Shown here piece after piece: positions 1 to 11,186 of a stretch of 64,000 bases of DNA. Position 1 is the first letter of the stretch. Each line of letters starts with the position of its first letter. Source of the DNA: Eledone cirrhosa (taxonomy: Eukaryota); assembly GCA_964016885.1 (NCBI GenBank), contig OZ024741.1, positions 310,496,001 to 310,560,000 on the forward strand, written 5' to 3'. The notes below the pieces were generated by a model that saw only the letters and a list, made by a program, of their open reading frames with translations, was not told where the DNA came from and made no database searches. Both the position numbers and the translations under genes were made by a program.

Positions 1-1010
1 AACATGCGGTTCTGTTTATACTGACTGACTCTGTTCTCGTATCGCCTGATTTTGGCACTCTTTGCTACAATGCGTTGCTTCAATTCCTCTATGATAATAT
101 TTAGCTTTTTACTCCTAGTTTTGTATTTTATTTCCAGTCTATTTTTAGTGCCTATGTTTTTTAGTGTCCCATTCAGTAGTGACTCAAGCTTTCCTATGTC
201 ATTTCTCATTTCCCCGATTTGCCCACTCAGTCGCTTCTTCCACCACGGCTCTGCTCTTTCTTGTCTGTTGTTTCCTCTCGCTTTTATACCAAGTAGTTTC
301 CTCACCGTATTTGCTGTTGCTTTGAGGATATTGTTGCACTGGTGAAGGCTCCTCGCCTCAAGGTATGGGATGACTTTGTTTACCTTAGCTGTTGTTTCTT
401 TTAACTTTTTCCTGTCTACAAATCTTAGGTTCATAGGTCTCCCACTATCATTGTTCAATTCATCTACCACTAAATTTAGGATGTCAACCGAATCTTGTCC
501 TAGCCCGTCAGCATTCATCTCCTCAGTGGCCGTATCTCTGTTCCAAGTATTATTTATCTCAGTATTCAGATCATTGTCTGCTTCGGGTGGTTCCTCCGTT
601 CTCAGGACCTCCTCACCTTCATTTCCCACCGGCTCGCTTGTCTGGCATACTACACCCGCCATCTCCAAGCCATTCTCTCTGCTCAGTTCCTCCAGTTCCA
701 GCTCGCTTATCCACCCATTAGTTCTTATTACCCGAGCCTGCCCGGCCAATTTTTGTTCATCTAATTTAAATAAACCAATCTCGTTCCAGATGTTATGCAT
801 CCGTCTCCTGTAGCCCCTCTCCTTGGGGTTACTTTTCAGGTAGCATTGCATAACAGTTCTATTCAATTCTTTCGTCCAGTTGGTTCTGGCCCCTTTCCTT
901 CTTCTTCTTCCTCCAACATCAGCAGTATTTGGTTGACAGTCAGGTTCCTGCTGCTGAGCCAGGGGGCACCTGTTGGGTGAGAGTCTGTCACATGACGTTC
1001 TAGTCTCCAT
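1..1010 (-). CDS. N-terminal part of family A RT-RLE polyprotein (partial, runs off window)
   Basis: Collinear with ORF 24618..26015 (METRTS...RTNWTKELNRTVMQCY...); ATG at 1010 by offset 25005. Confidence 0.75.
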   Translation of the reverse strand, partial: METRTSCDRLSPNRCPLAQQQEPDCQPNTADVGGRRRRKGARTNWTKELNRTVMQCYLKSNPKERGYRRRMHNIWNEIGLFKLDEQKLAGQARVIRTNGWISELELEELSRENGLEMAGVVCQTSEPVGNEGEEVLRTEEPPEADNDLNTEINNTWNRDTATEEMNADGLGQDSVDILNLVVDELNNDSGRPMNLRFVDRKKLKETTAKVNKVIPYLEARSLHQCNNILKATANTVRKLLGIKARGNNRQERAEPWWKKRLSGQIGEMRNDIGKLESLLNGTLKNIGTKNRLEIKYKTRSKKLNIIIEELKQRIVAKSAKIRRYENRVSQYKQNRM

Positions 1011-2092
1011 TTCACCGTTATTCGAACTGTTTATGTTCGATATTTAAACACTCTTATCGAGGATTGGTGAATGTATGTTTACATAGCCATCTGTGGATCC
1101 GCCATCCCACTTGGCCCTTGTGTGGCATTATCACCACGCTGTATACGAACACACATAAACAAACAAACACACGGGCAGAAAGGGCCCCAAAAATGAATAA
1201 GCATAAGTTTCATTGTAATGTAGTATTCGAATGTCTGACTTAGTTTTTGTTTTTTAAGTTTTACTTTTTCCCCCCTCTTCTCTGTCCGTCCGCCTGCCTC
1301 TCTCTTCATTCTTATTTTCTTTACGTTTTTGGGGTTTCTTTTTTTGTTTTTGTTTTTCTCTGTTTGTTTTTCTCGTTTTTGCTGTTGTTGCTGTGCTGCT
1401 TTGGTTTTGTTGTTTGTTTTTTCTTTTTTCTTTTGAGTCTATCTATATATTTTGATGCCTTCCTCTTTGTTAGTAGTAGGAATTCTATAGTGTGGAAGTA
1501 GCAGCCAGCAGGGAGAAGTGGGAGACTGGTGGCGGTAGCGATACTGAGACAGTGGTGGTGGTGATGTCGATACCGAGGCAGTGGTGGCGGTGATGCGACC
1601 GTATTACTGTAGTGATGGTGCTGTAGCGGTGGCAGCAGTGAAGGAGTCAAGGGGGGGTGGCGGCGGTGATGGGATAGTGGTGGTAATGATGGCCGTAGTG
1701 AGCGGTGGCGGTGAAAGGTGAAAATGTCGTTATGTGGCTGTTGTGTTTAGTGTACACAGATGATGGGGTGGGTGGTGTATCTAGTTTCTGGTGTTGGTGA
1801 GTTTAGCTGTCCTATATAGTGTAGCCAGAGGAGAGGAGGGGGGGGTTCTTCTTCTTCCATTTATAGCCATTTTCTTTTTTGGATATACAGTGTACAATAC
1901 AAAGTTGAATATTTGAATATTTGAGCCTTATAACAATATATTTTGGGTCCGAATTTTTTGGGGCTCAAGCCGGGTGCTTTACGTAGCATTTGTACTAAGA
2001 GTTGTTATTTGACAAATGATTTAAATATGTTAAAAATTCAAAACTTACGGGAGCGATTTCATGACCTCCGTCACCTCGTGCGTCTCCTTCCC
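1..2092 (-). mobile_element. R4/Dong-like RLE non-LTR retrotransposon, family A, 5' half (continues beyond left edge)
   Basis: Near-identical to 25006-27074 of the full-length family A copy; 5' end (sense GGGAAGGAGACGCACGAGG) abuts (TTA)n. Confidence 0.9.

Positions 2093-2160
<68 letters not shown>
2093..2160. repeat. (TTA)n microsatellite target/spacer
   Basis: Pure TTA tract between two family A copies. Confidence 0.98.
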
Positions 2161-2520
2161 GTTATTCCTTGAATCTCAGTCATTGATGTTGGTTAACTGG
2201 AAAGTCCGTTGGAATGAATATCAAGCCACTACCTGCAGCCTCAGATATTCAGGACGTATCGGAGGGTTCTTGCTGTTCCAAGCAAGCATGCCTTTTGAAG
2301 CGTTCCAAAAAGCGTGAAGGGGCCGATTTTCTTTAACCATCCCTGGAAACTTTTGGAGATAGTCCCCAGTGCGCCTATGACAATCGGGATCACTTTGACT
2401 TCATGGCAGTTCCAAATCCTTTTCACCTCCCACTTTAGGTCCTGGTATCGGTTAATTTTCTCCCTCTCCTTCTCTTGCACTCTCGTGTCGAAAGGGCAGG
2501 CTACATCCACAATCAGACAC
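2161..2520 (-). mobile_element. Family A RLE element, 5'-truncated 3' fragment
   Basis: ORF 2241..2510 DVACPFDTRVQEKEREKINRYQDL...GTARTLRYVLNI plus 3'UTR matching 22551-22910; TTA on both sides. Confidence 0.92.
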
Positions 2521-2544
2521 TATTATTATTATTATTATTATTAT

Positions 2545-2618
2545 AAAACCCACATCGTACCGTCCTGTTCCGTCTGTGATGTTTTTCTTGATGTCAGCAC
2601 TTGTGGCCAATAAAGAAA

Positions 2619-2620
<2 letters not shown>
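2545..2620 (+). mobile_element. 76-bp 3'-terminal stub of Tx1-like element
   Basis: Near-identical to the 3' end of T3 (~21927-22002), ending CTTGTGGCCAATAAAGAAATC; TTA on both sides. Confidence 0.88.
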
Positions 2621-2693
<73 letters not shown>

Positions 2694-2708
2694 TACTATT
2701 ATTATTAT
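2621..2708. repeat. (TTA)n microsatellite target/spacer
   Basis: TTA tract with one CTA variant. Confidence 0.98.
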
Positions 2709-2939
2709 CTATGGCCGCACATGTGTGAAGATAGACAAGTCTGCGGGGGGGAAAGGTTCGTAGCTTTAAGCTGTTTTAAAGTGTCTTTTTTTTGCATTTT
2801 CTTGTCATTAACGAAACTTAAGGTACACATCTTGATTTAAAGAGAGGGATACCTCTCAATATTCGGGCTTTAAGCCCGAATATTCAGATTTATTTTTTAA
2901 AATCTTCGAAAAAAATCGCTTCCCCACCAAAAGAAAATT

Positions 2940-4891
2940 ATGGAAATTTTCGACCTTGAAACGGTAAACAACGTTCAGGTCAAAAGTTTAAAGGCAGCCA
3001 CTGCAGATTTCACCACGACTACGACGGCTACAGTCATGCCTGTCATCCACTCTACTGAATGTGAAGGCAAAACTAAAAAGCTACCATCACAACCTTCTGG
3101 CATAGCAGCAGTATCATCTGAAAACGACATCACCACCACCACCGCCACCACCACCACCACCACCACCATAACAACAACAACTCAGAGCAATAACGACAAA
3201 AACACCGACAGCTTCAATGTAAACAAGGATGGCGGTGGCAACAGGAAGAATGACAACAACAACAATAAGAGCATCAGAAACACCACATTTGCTGCAGCAG
3301 CAGCAGCAAAAACAAAGCGCTTATTGAATATCTATATTGATATTAGCGATAAAGACGAACAGTTGGCCAAAGCGTGGAGGCTAATTAAACGGGAGAAGTC
3401 CTGGGCAAACCTGACCATCCCGGACGAGGCAATAGCGGCCATGCAAAGGAGGACGTTGCTCTTTCGATGTATTTCGGTGCAGACACGAAAAGTGGAACTT
3501 GCGAGCCAAGCAGAGGTAGAGGCTGCTTTGGAGTACATCGGAAGTAACATAGAGTACAAAGCAAGAGGCAAACAGTTCGGTACCATCTCGGTACTGTTCA
3601 AATCCGAGGCCCTCGCTATTAAGCACTCGGTGATCCCTGCAGAACGGAACGCATTATCATGCATCCGTCCTATATGGGTAAAAGGACAGTGAGGGTACGC
3701 ATTCCCAGCATCCCACCAGGAATGAACATATGGTGGCTGCTGGGATGCGTAATCGAGGAGGGGACAGACACCACCCTCCTGGACATCAAAAGGACAGAGA
3801 GAGAAGACTGGTCCGGAATGGATTTGGAGATTCTTCTCCAAATGAAACCGGAGGATATAAATAACATCCCAGATTTTGCCCGCCTGCAGGACGGGACAAC
3901 AATCCAACTAATGATTGACGGAAGAAGCCCACGCTGCTTCGTTTGCGGGGAAGCCACGCATCTTCAAGCCTTCTGCCCTCAGCGCAAAAATGCAGGGGGT
4001 CGCAAACCTCCTTTGTTGCCAACGCCAGTGTCAGCACGGAAAGCTGCACCACCACCACCACCAAAAACAACATCAACAAAGACACGGACACCAACATCAA
4101 AAGCAGCCGGATCACCACCAACACCAAAACCAATCCAGGGAGAAAACGAGGAAAGCTCTCCCACTCCCCCTACCCCCCAACTATATATATAGACAAAAAA
4201 AAAAAAAATAAACGCACACACAGACACAGAGATACTCACAGACACAGACCCTTTGTCTTCCAGCAGCGAAGATGAAGGAAAACCCCAAAGTGCAAAAAAA
4301 CAGAGAAAACTCACAAAAAAAAAGCCCCAACAAAACACAAAAACACACACAACAAAAAATACAGACACCACTAACGCAGACACTTCCCCAATAACATCAG
4401 CAACATCGACACCACCTCCACAATCCCCGAAACGCAAACAACCTAAACAAACACAAGTACAAATAAACACACAAATACCTGAAATTGCAGACACCACACC
4501 TACAACAAACATAGACATACCCGAAACAACACCACCAAAACCATCGCCACCACCTTCACCAAAACGAAAACAAATAAAACCACACCAACAAAATGTTAAA
4601 AACTTCGTGCTTGTCAGAAGGGCCAACGATAAACTGATGGCCCTCTTAGCGCGAAGCGAGGACATTCAAACAGAGGGGGAGATTTTTGAAATGAGCACAT
4701 TTTGCGTGCCAGAAGATTTGCTTCTGGTCCGAATGTCACTCAATTCTTTCAAAGAAATTCGAGAGAGCTTTCCTCAAGACGTGGGAAACCCGAATGTGAA
4801 ACCCACATCAAGACTTTTAAAGGGGTTCCCAAAAGAAACCCCACCAACCATGGAGGTCGAACCACCCGACCTTCACAAGACCCGGAGGTAA
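2940..4891 (+). pseudogene. T1 ORF1 (nucleic-acid-binding, CCHC zinc knuckle), frameshifted
   Basis: ORFs 2940..3692, 3659..4192, 4253..4891; CFVCGEATHLQAFC knuckle; Thr/Asn- and Pro/Lys-rich flanks. Confidence 0.85.
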
Positions 4892-4926
4892 GTAAACCTT
4901 CCCTCTCTCTCTCTTAGCTTACCAAT

Positions 4927-7900
4927 ATGGCCATATTAAGAGTAGGAAGTTTAAATGTTCTCGGCCTGGGGTCACCCTGGAAGCAGGGTCGCCTGCTCAA
5001 CGACCTCCGGTCGCTGGAAATGGATGTGATTGCCGTAAGCGAGACCAGAATTTCCGACACGCGTGCACTAGCCCCCATTTTCGACGACTATCAGATCTTC
5101 GCATCTGTTAGCAGGCCGGGAATGGGGGGTGGGGTGGCAATGCTGTTTAGGAAAGGACTGGATCTCGAGGTAAGGTCGATCTTCCGGGACCCGGACGGTA
5201 AGTTGGTGGTCTTGGATGTGAGCAGTAGCGAAGGTGGTGCCTTTAGACTGCTGGCCGTCTACGCCCCTACAGGGGCCGGACGACCTGACTTCTTTAGGCG
5301 CCTGGAGACCTTTCTGGGTACGTCTCGCCCTTTACTGTTAGCGGGGGACTGGAATGGCATCTTAGACGCACGCTGGGATTGTGTGGGAGTAGCCGATAGG
5401 AGCGGGGGGTGCAAAAGCCTCAAGCACCTACTCAGCCAGTTCCAACTGTCTGACAGGTATCGACTAGATTTCCCCAATGTGCCAGTATGGACATGGACCA
5501 ACTGAATGGGGTCATCTAGATCGTATATAGACAGAATCTTCATTAGGAAAATAGATAGAAATAGTGTGGGCTGTCCACTTTTTAAAACGGTCGCCTATTC
5601 AGATCACAAATTTGATATCTGTACGGTCGACCTAAATAAAACGCGTAGGTTAGGACCGGGTTACTGGAAGCTGAACATGTCATTTCCGGCACGTAAGAAT
5701 TACAGGGACCGAGTCAATAAGTTAGTTAAGCAAAAGTTGACAGGGGGGATCATCAACAACAGATGGTGGGGGGCTCTCAAAAGAGAGATTAGAGTAACTT
5801 CGATAGAGTTCAGCAAAGAACTAGCGTTAGAGAAAAATAGAAAGGAGGGGGAGCTGGTAGATAAGTTAGACGAGGCTATTTGTAGTGGCATCGCAACTGA
5901 CGTGCTAGCGGCGAGAATGGCATTAGACCATTTCTTCAATGCCAAACACGAACGTTGCATTGTCAGAGCTAAGGCGCGTGCGCTGAGAAACGAGGGAACT
6001 AAAGCTGTTCGATGGGCCCGCGTGGCGGAGGCGCAGCGTGGTAATAAAACCACAATTCGGTCTTTGGCGGACCGAGACGGACACGAGATAAGCGATTCCA
6101 AGCAGATGTGTGAGGCCTTTCTCCAGCACTTTGCTCGGTTGTTTGGGGAGAGTGGCGAGTCAGAGAGTAGCCGATTTCAGTCCCTACCTTGACGGCTTGC
6201 CGCGCATCTCGACGGTCGACGCTGAGCGCTGCGAAAGGCCGATTACTTCAGCCGAAATTCAGGACGCCCTTGTCGGCTGCATGAGGCGCAAGTCACCCGG
6301 TTTGGATGGCCTGCCCTACGAGCTTTACGTAAATATGCCAGACTTGTTCTCCGAACTCCTCGAAGCACTCTACTGTAACTGGCAGCAGAATGGGAGTATT
6401 CCCAGTTCTGTGAGCAGGGGAGTGGTGACGCTGATAAGGAAAGACGAGAACAAGAGGGATACATTAGACAACTTCAGGCCCATAACTCTGCTCAACACAG
6501 AGTTTAAGATTTTGGCCAAGGTGTTAGCAAAGAGATTGGCGCTTGTCGTCCAGGATTTGGGGAGGCGCAAACTTGCGCAATCCCAGCCAGGTCCATACAC
6601 GACAATCTCTACCTCATGCGATACATCATAGAGAGGGTAGGGTGTAAACCTGGCTTCGGTGGGGCACTGATCAATTTAGATCAATCGAAAGCATTCGATA
6701 GGGTCGACCATCGGTATCTGGAGTTTGTCCTCAAAGCAGCTGGCTTCGGCCCTGTCTTTAGAAGCTGGATCGTTGCAATGCACACCGGCACACGCTCGGT
6801 GGTCAAGGTTAATGGCCACCTCTCGGTACCATTTCGGCTCTCCCGATCGGTCCGTCAAGGGTGCCCTCTCTCTTCCCTTCTGTACGTATTGACTCTCGAG
6901 ACTTTACTGCGGAAGCTGGAGCTGTTGCAGGGCATCCCACTCGAACCGGGACGTGGAAAGGCGGTGTCGGCTTATGCGGACGACATCACCGTGATGGTGT
7001 CGAACACCTCAGAAATCGAGGTGGTCGGCACCTTATTGAAGGAATATGAAAGGATGACAGGAGCCAAACTTAACCCGGAAAAGTCGGTGGGCTTGCAGCT
7101 CGGAACCTGGAGAGGCAAGCCCATGCCGTCCAACAGCGTCGTGGGGCGCTGGACGGACGGACCAGTAAAGTTGCTCGGGGTTTGGTTCGGACCAGACCTC
7201 CAGGTGGAAAAGAATTGGGACGAGGGAACGAGCAGAGTAGCCAGTCTCACCCAAAAATGGGCTGGGAGGAAGCTATCACTGAAAGGTCGCGCGGAGGTGG
7301 CGAATGCGTACATCGCGTCCGTCATCTATTACCGCCTAACCGTCGTGCCTTGCCCCCGTCCGCGCCTCGTCAAGTTGGAACGGCTCCTCTTCAAATTCTT
7401 GTGGAGGGGACAAGTTCCGTTGGTGAGGCGGTCCATCTGCTGCCAGCACCCTCTACGCGGAGGGCTGGGGATGCCGTGGCTAATGATGCGCAGACATGCG
7501 TTGAGGCTGCGACATCTCCAGATATTCTGCCTCAATGGTGAACAGGTGTGGTCGCCGTTTATCAGACGGGCCTTTCCGCAGCTCATTTCTTTGACTGAGC
7601 TGCAGTCCTGGGTCAAGAAGAGACCGAGACTGGGTGACTGGCACCTGGAATGTTGCCAGGAACTCACTGCCCTCTACCAAGCGGGCAATGCGATCAGTGG
7701 AACTTCCACTCTCGAGTTCTATAGAGGATTAGTGGTGGGCAAGTGCGATGACGCACTCGGAGAAGCTTTGGGTCTCGACGAAGTCGAACTGACCAGTCTG
7801 TACCGGAGGACTTTTGAGCCGGGGACGATGGACAATTTCCAGAAATCCCTCGCTTGGCAGTGCTACCGGGGGGCACTGCCGGTTCGGGATAAATTCTACA

Positions 7901-8343
7901 GGCACGGAAGTGCTGTCAGACGGACCTGCCCAAGATGCGCACAGAACGACGAAACCGTTCTGCACGCACTTGTCCAATGTCCGTGCATTACTGACTTGTG
8001 GAGTTATGTCGAACAGCTACTGTCGCGTGTGGAACGAATCCGGTTATCGGCCGAGTACATAGTGAAGATCGAGCCACCACCTTCCTTAGGTCAGGAAGAG
8101 CAGGACATTTTCCTCTGTCTGGTGGCAGTTGCGAAAGAGATTATATGGTGGACCAGGTTGAAAGGACTAAAGACAGACACTTTTCTCTTCGGCCAATCCC
8201 TCATCAACTTCTTCAAGTTTCACCTGGAAAGGAGGGTGAGGGTGGAGAGAGAAGTGCTTCCCCCCAGTACATTTGCTAAAAGGTGGGTGAATGTGGCGAG
8301 AATGGCTCGTGTGAATGGGCCTACTCTGACCATGCGCCTATAG
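4927..8343 (+). pseudogene. T1 ORF2 AP endonuclease - reverse transcriptase - C-terminal zinc finger, disrupted
   Basis: GDWN, YSDH, KSPGLDGLP, NFRPITLLN, LDQSKAFDRVDH, RQGCPLS, YADD, CPRC..ETVLHALVQC across four ORFs; stop at 5503 and two frameshifts. Confidence 0.93.
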
Positions 8344-8638
8344 GCTGGCTAACTTGAGGAGAGGGGTGCTCTCCTGGGTGCCCTAGAAGCGCAGGGTGGT
8401 TCAGGATTGGTGGGGTACCCGAATCACCCCAGGGTCGTCCACCCCCTATATGGGAATTTATTTTGTTATATTTTGCATAGTTTATTTTATATTTTTATAT
8501 TTTCATTGTTAAATTAGTTTTGCCATTGTGCACTTTTACTCGACCTTATTGTAAACCCCCACTGTCCCTGTCTTTGTATTGTCCCCTACATGTCGGCCCT
8601 TGTGGCTAATCAATGAAATCATTATTATTATTATATTA

Positions 8639-10946
8639 CAGCTGCATTTATCTCGCTTTATGTTCATACGAGTTATCACCAAGTCACAACCAGTGACCTC
8701 AAGAGACAACAAGATCCGCCATGTTCAAGAAAGAACATACATACTCACACATGCATCTTTAGTGTTTAGACTTGTGATGTACTTTATATTGACAGAATCT
8801 TCCTTAGTATATGGGCAGTTCCCATTAGTACTATCTTTTGTATTTCTCCTATACGCGGGTTTCCTGGGATTTGCGATAAGTAATCAATAGACCCCTTAGG
8901 TATCATTCCCAGAGCGCCAACAACCACTGGTATTGTTTTAGTTCTCAATTTCCACATTTTTCCAATTTCTATCTCCAGGTCCTTATACTTGCTCAATTTT
9001 TCAAATGTTTTTATAGATACATTCTTGTCTATTGGAACAGACATATCAATTAGCAGGCATACCCTCTTTTTAAAGTCCTTCAATATTATATCAGGTCTAT
9101 TTGCATCTATTTTTCGGTCTGTTTGGATGCTAAAGTTCCACAAGATTGAGATGTGATCTTTTTCAAGTATGGGAGGTAGTTGATGCTCCCACCAATTCTT
9201 TTGATGGCGCAGGTCAAAATGCTTACGCATTATCCAATGTATGTATTGTGCAGCTCTGTCATGCCTGTTTAGGTATTCGGTTGGAGCTATAGGACTGCAC
9301 ATTGAAATTATATGGTCAATGGTCTCTGGTTGTTTTTTGCATACACGGCATAATGGGCTGCATCCATTTTTTATTATGTTGGCTTGGTAATTTTTTGTTG
9401 GCAGACACTGATCTTGTGCTGATATAATCAGTCCTTCAGTCTCCGATTTCAGTCCAGAGGATGCCAACCACTGATGGGTTAAAGTTTTGTCAACATCAGG
9501 ATTGTTAGCTCGCTCTGGGTATTTTCCATACAGAGGCTTTTCTTGCCATTTCTTAGCCAGTTTCTGTAGCAGTTCTTTCTTTGCAGTTACTTTTACCTGC
9601 TTTGCTTTTTCTGTGTTTTCCATTTCAGCAGTAAATGGGACTTGTGAAATTTGTAGTCCATTACTGTATCTTTGTGCATCTTTTGTAATGGAATATGATC
9701 TTTTGATGCTTTCGTGTTTCAAAACGAGTTTGATCATCCAATCATGTGATTCCCTTAGATATGTAGATAATCCAATTGTTGCAGTTTTCAACGCAATGTC
9801 TAACTGGACTAACCCACGTCCTCCTTCTTTCCTAGGGAGATATATTTTATCTATATCTGTCTTAGGGTGATGCATTCTGTGCATGGTTAAGAATTTTCGA
9901 ATTTTTGTATCGAGCCTACGGATCTCGGTGCTTGACCAGTTGATGACATTGTAACTGTAGGTTACTACTGGTATGGCAAGCGTGTTTATGGCATCCATCC
10001 TATTCCTTGCATTCAATTCCGTTCTTTAGATTGCTCTTACTCTGCGGTACCATTCCTTCCTTATCCTTTCCCTCATTGTCGAGTACTTGATTCCGTCTCC
10101 TTCACAAACACCTAGATATTTGTAAGTTTTTTCTTGATCAAGTTCTCTTATCACGTTCCCCCGATCAAGATTAATGTCTGAACTCTTCAGCAGCTTTCCT
10201 CTGGTGAACGTTGCTTTGGCGCATTTATCTAGTCCAAACTCCATTTTAATGTCATCACTGAACTGCTCCACAGTGGATAATAGCCCTTGCAATTGTTCAT
10301 CATTTTTTGCAAATAGTTTCAGGTCATCCACGTAGAACAGGTGATTAATGGTTTTGTCATAGACTTTATATCCATGTTTTGTTTCATTGAGCATTTTACT
10401 CAATGGTATAAGTGCGATGCAGAATAAAAGCGGTGATGAAGAGTCACCCTGAAAAATTCCACAATTAATATTAACTTCTCCAGCTTCCAGTGATTTTGTT
10501 TCACTATTCAAAAGGAGTGTCGTTTTCCATGTCTTCATACTGAATGACAAAAACCTCCTGACAACGGGGGATACTTTGAAAATCTCTAAACATTTTTCAA
10601 TCCAACTGTGTGGCAAACTATCAAATGCTTTTTTATAATCTATCCAAGCAATCGATAAATTTTTGTGTCTATTATGACAATCTTCCAGTATCATTTTGTT
10701 AACCAGAAGCTGATCCTTACAGCCATATGAGCCTCGTTTACACCCTTTCTGCTCAATGGGAAATAGGTCATTTGTTATCAGGTGGTCATATGTGTATTCA
10801 GTTAGGACTGATGTTAAAATTTTATACATTGTGGTCAAGCAAGTTATCGGTCTGTAATTTTGGGGATTGTTTGTCTCATCATTCTTCGGAAGCAGGAATG
10901 TAATGCCGTTAACTAGCCATGATGGTATCTTTTCTGGCTCCTTAAC
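8639..10946 (-). mobile_element. R4/Dong-like RLE element, family B, 5'-truncated
   Basis: RT (EQKGC, IDYKKAFDS, GIFQGD, FYVDD), CRVC..ETIDHIISMC, RHD, NRPDII..IDMSVP..K..KY; TTA at both ends. Confidence 0.92.
8784..10945 (-). pseudogene. Family B RT-RLE ORF fragment
   Basis: ORFs 10026..10838 and 8784..10016 separated by a stop/frameshift. Confidence 0.88.
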
Positions 10947-10977
<31 letters not shown>

Positions 10978-11186
10978 GGCGACCTACGTAGTAAATCGTA
11001 TCATCGTGAGCTCCGCAAAGGTTTGTTATTTCCGTTTGTTAAAAATTGCCATATACGGAAAATTTTTATTGTTAACCATATATAAGCGCACATACATTGT
11101 TTTCCGAAAAGGACACCCAAAAAGATTGGGGCCTTGTGCCCAAAATTTAAACCTTTATTATTATCAAAAAATTTCTTTGAAAAAAA

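Larger units (their letters stand above)
2709..8620 (+). mobile_element. Tx1-like non-LTR retrotransposon T1, full length, inactivated
   Basis: 5'UTR, ORF1, ORF2 (APE-RT-CCHC), 3'UTR ending CCCTTGTGGCTAATCAATGAAATC; (TTA)n on both sides. Confidence 0.93.

Noticed and set aside
52-980. Plus-strand ORFs repeated at 25057-25985
   Set aside because: Antisense shadows of the family A ORF, conserved only because the copies are near-identical.
4888-4940. Mini-intron fusing ORF1 and ORF2 in frame
   Set aside because: The T1 candidate is only 30 nt and out of frame; donor/acceptor phases are inconsistent among copies.
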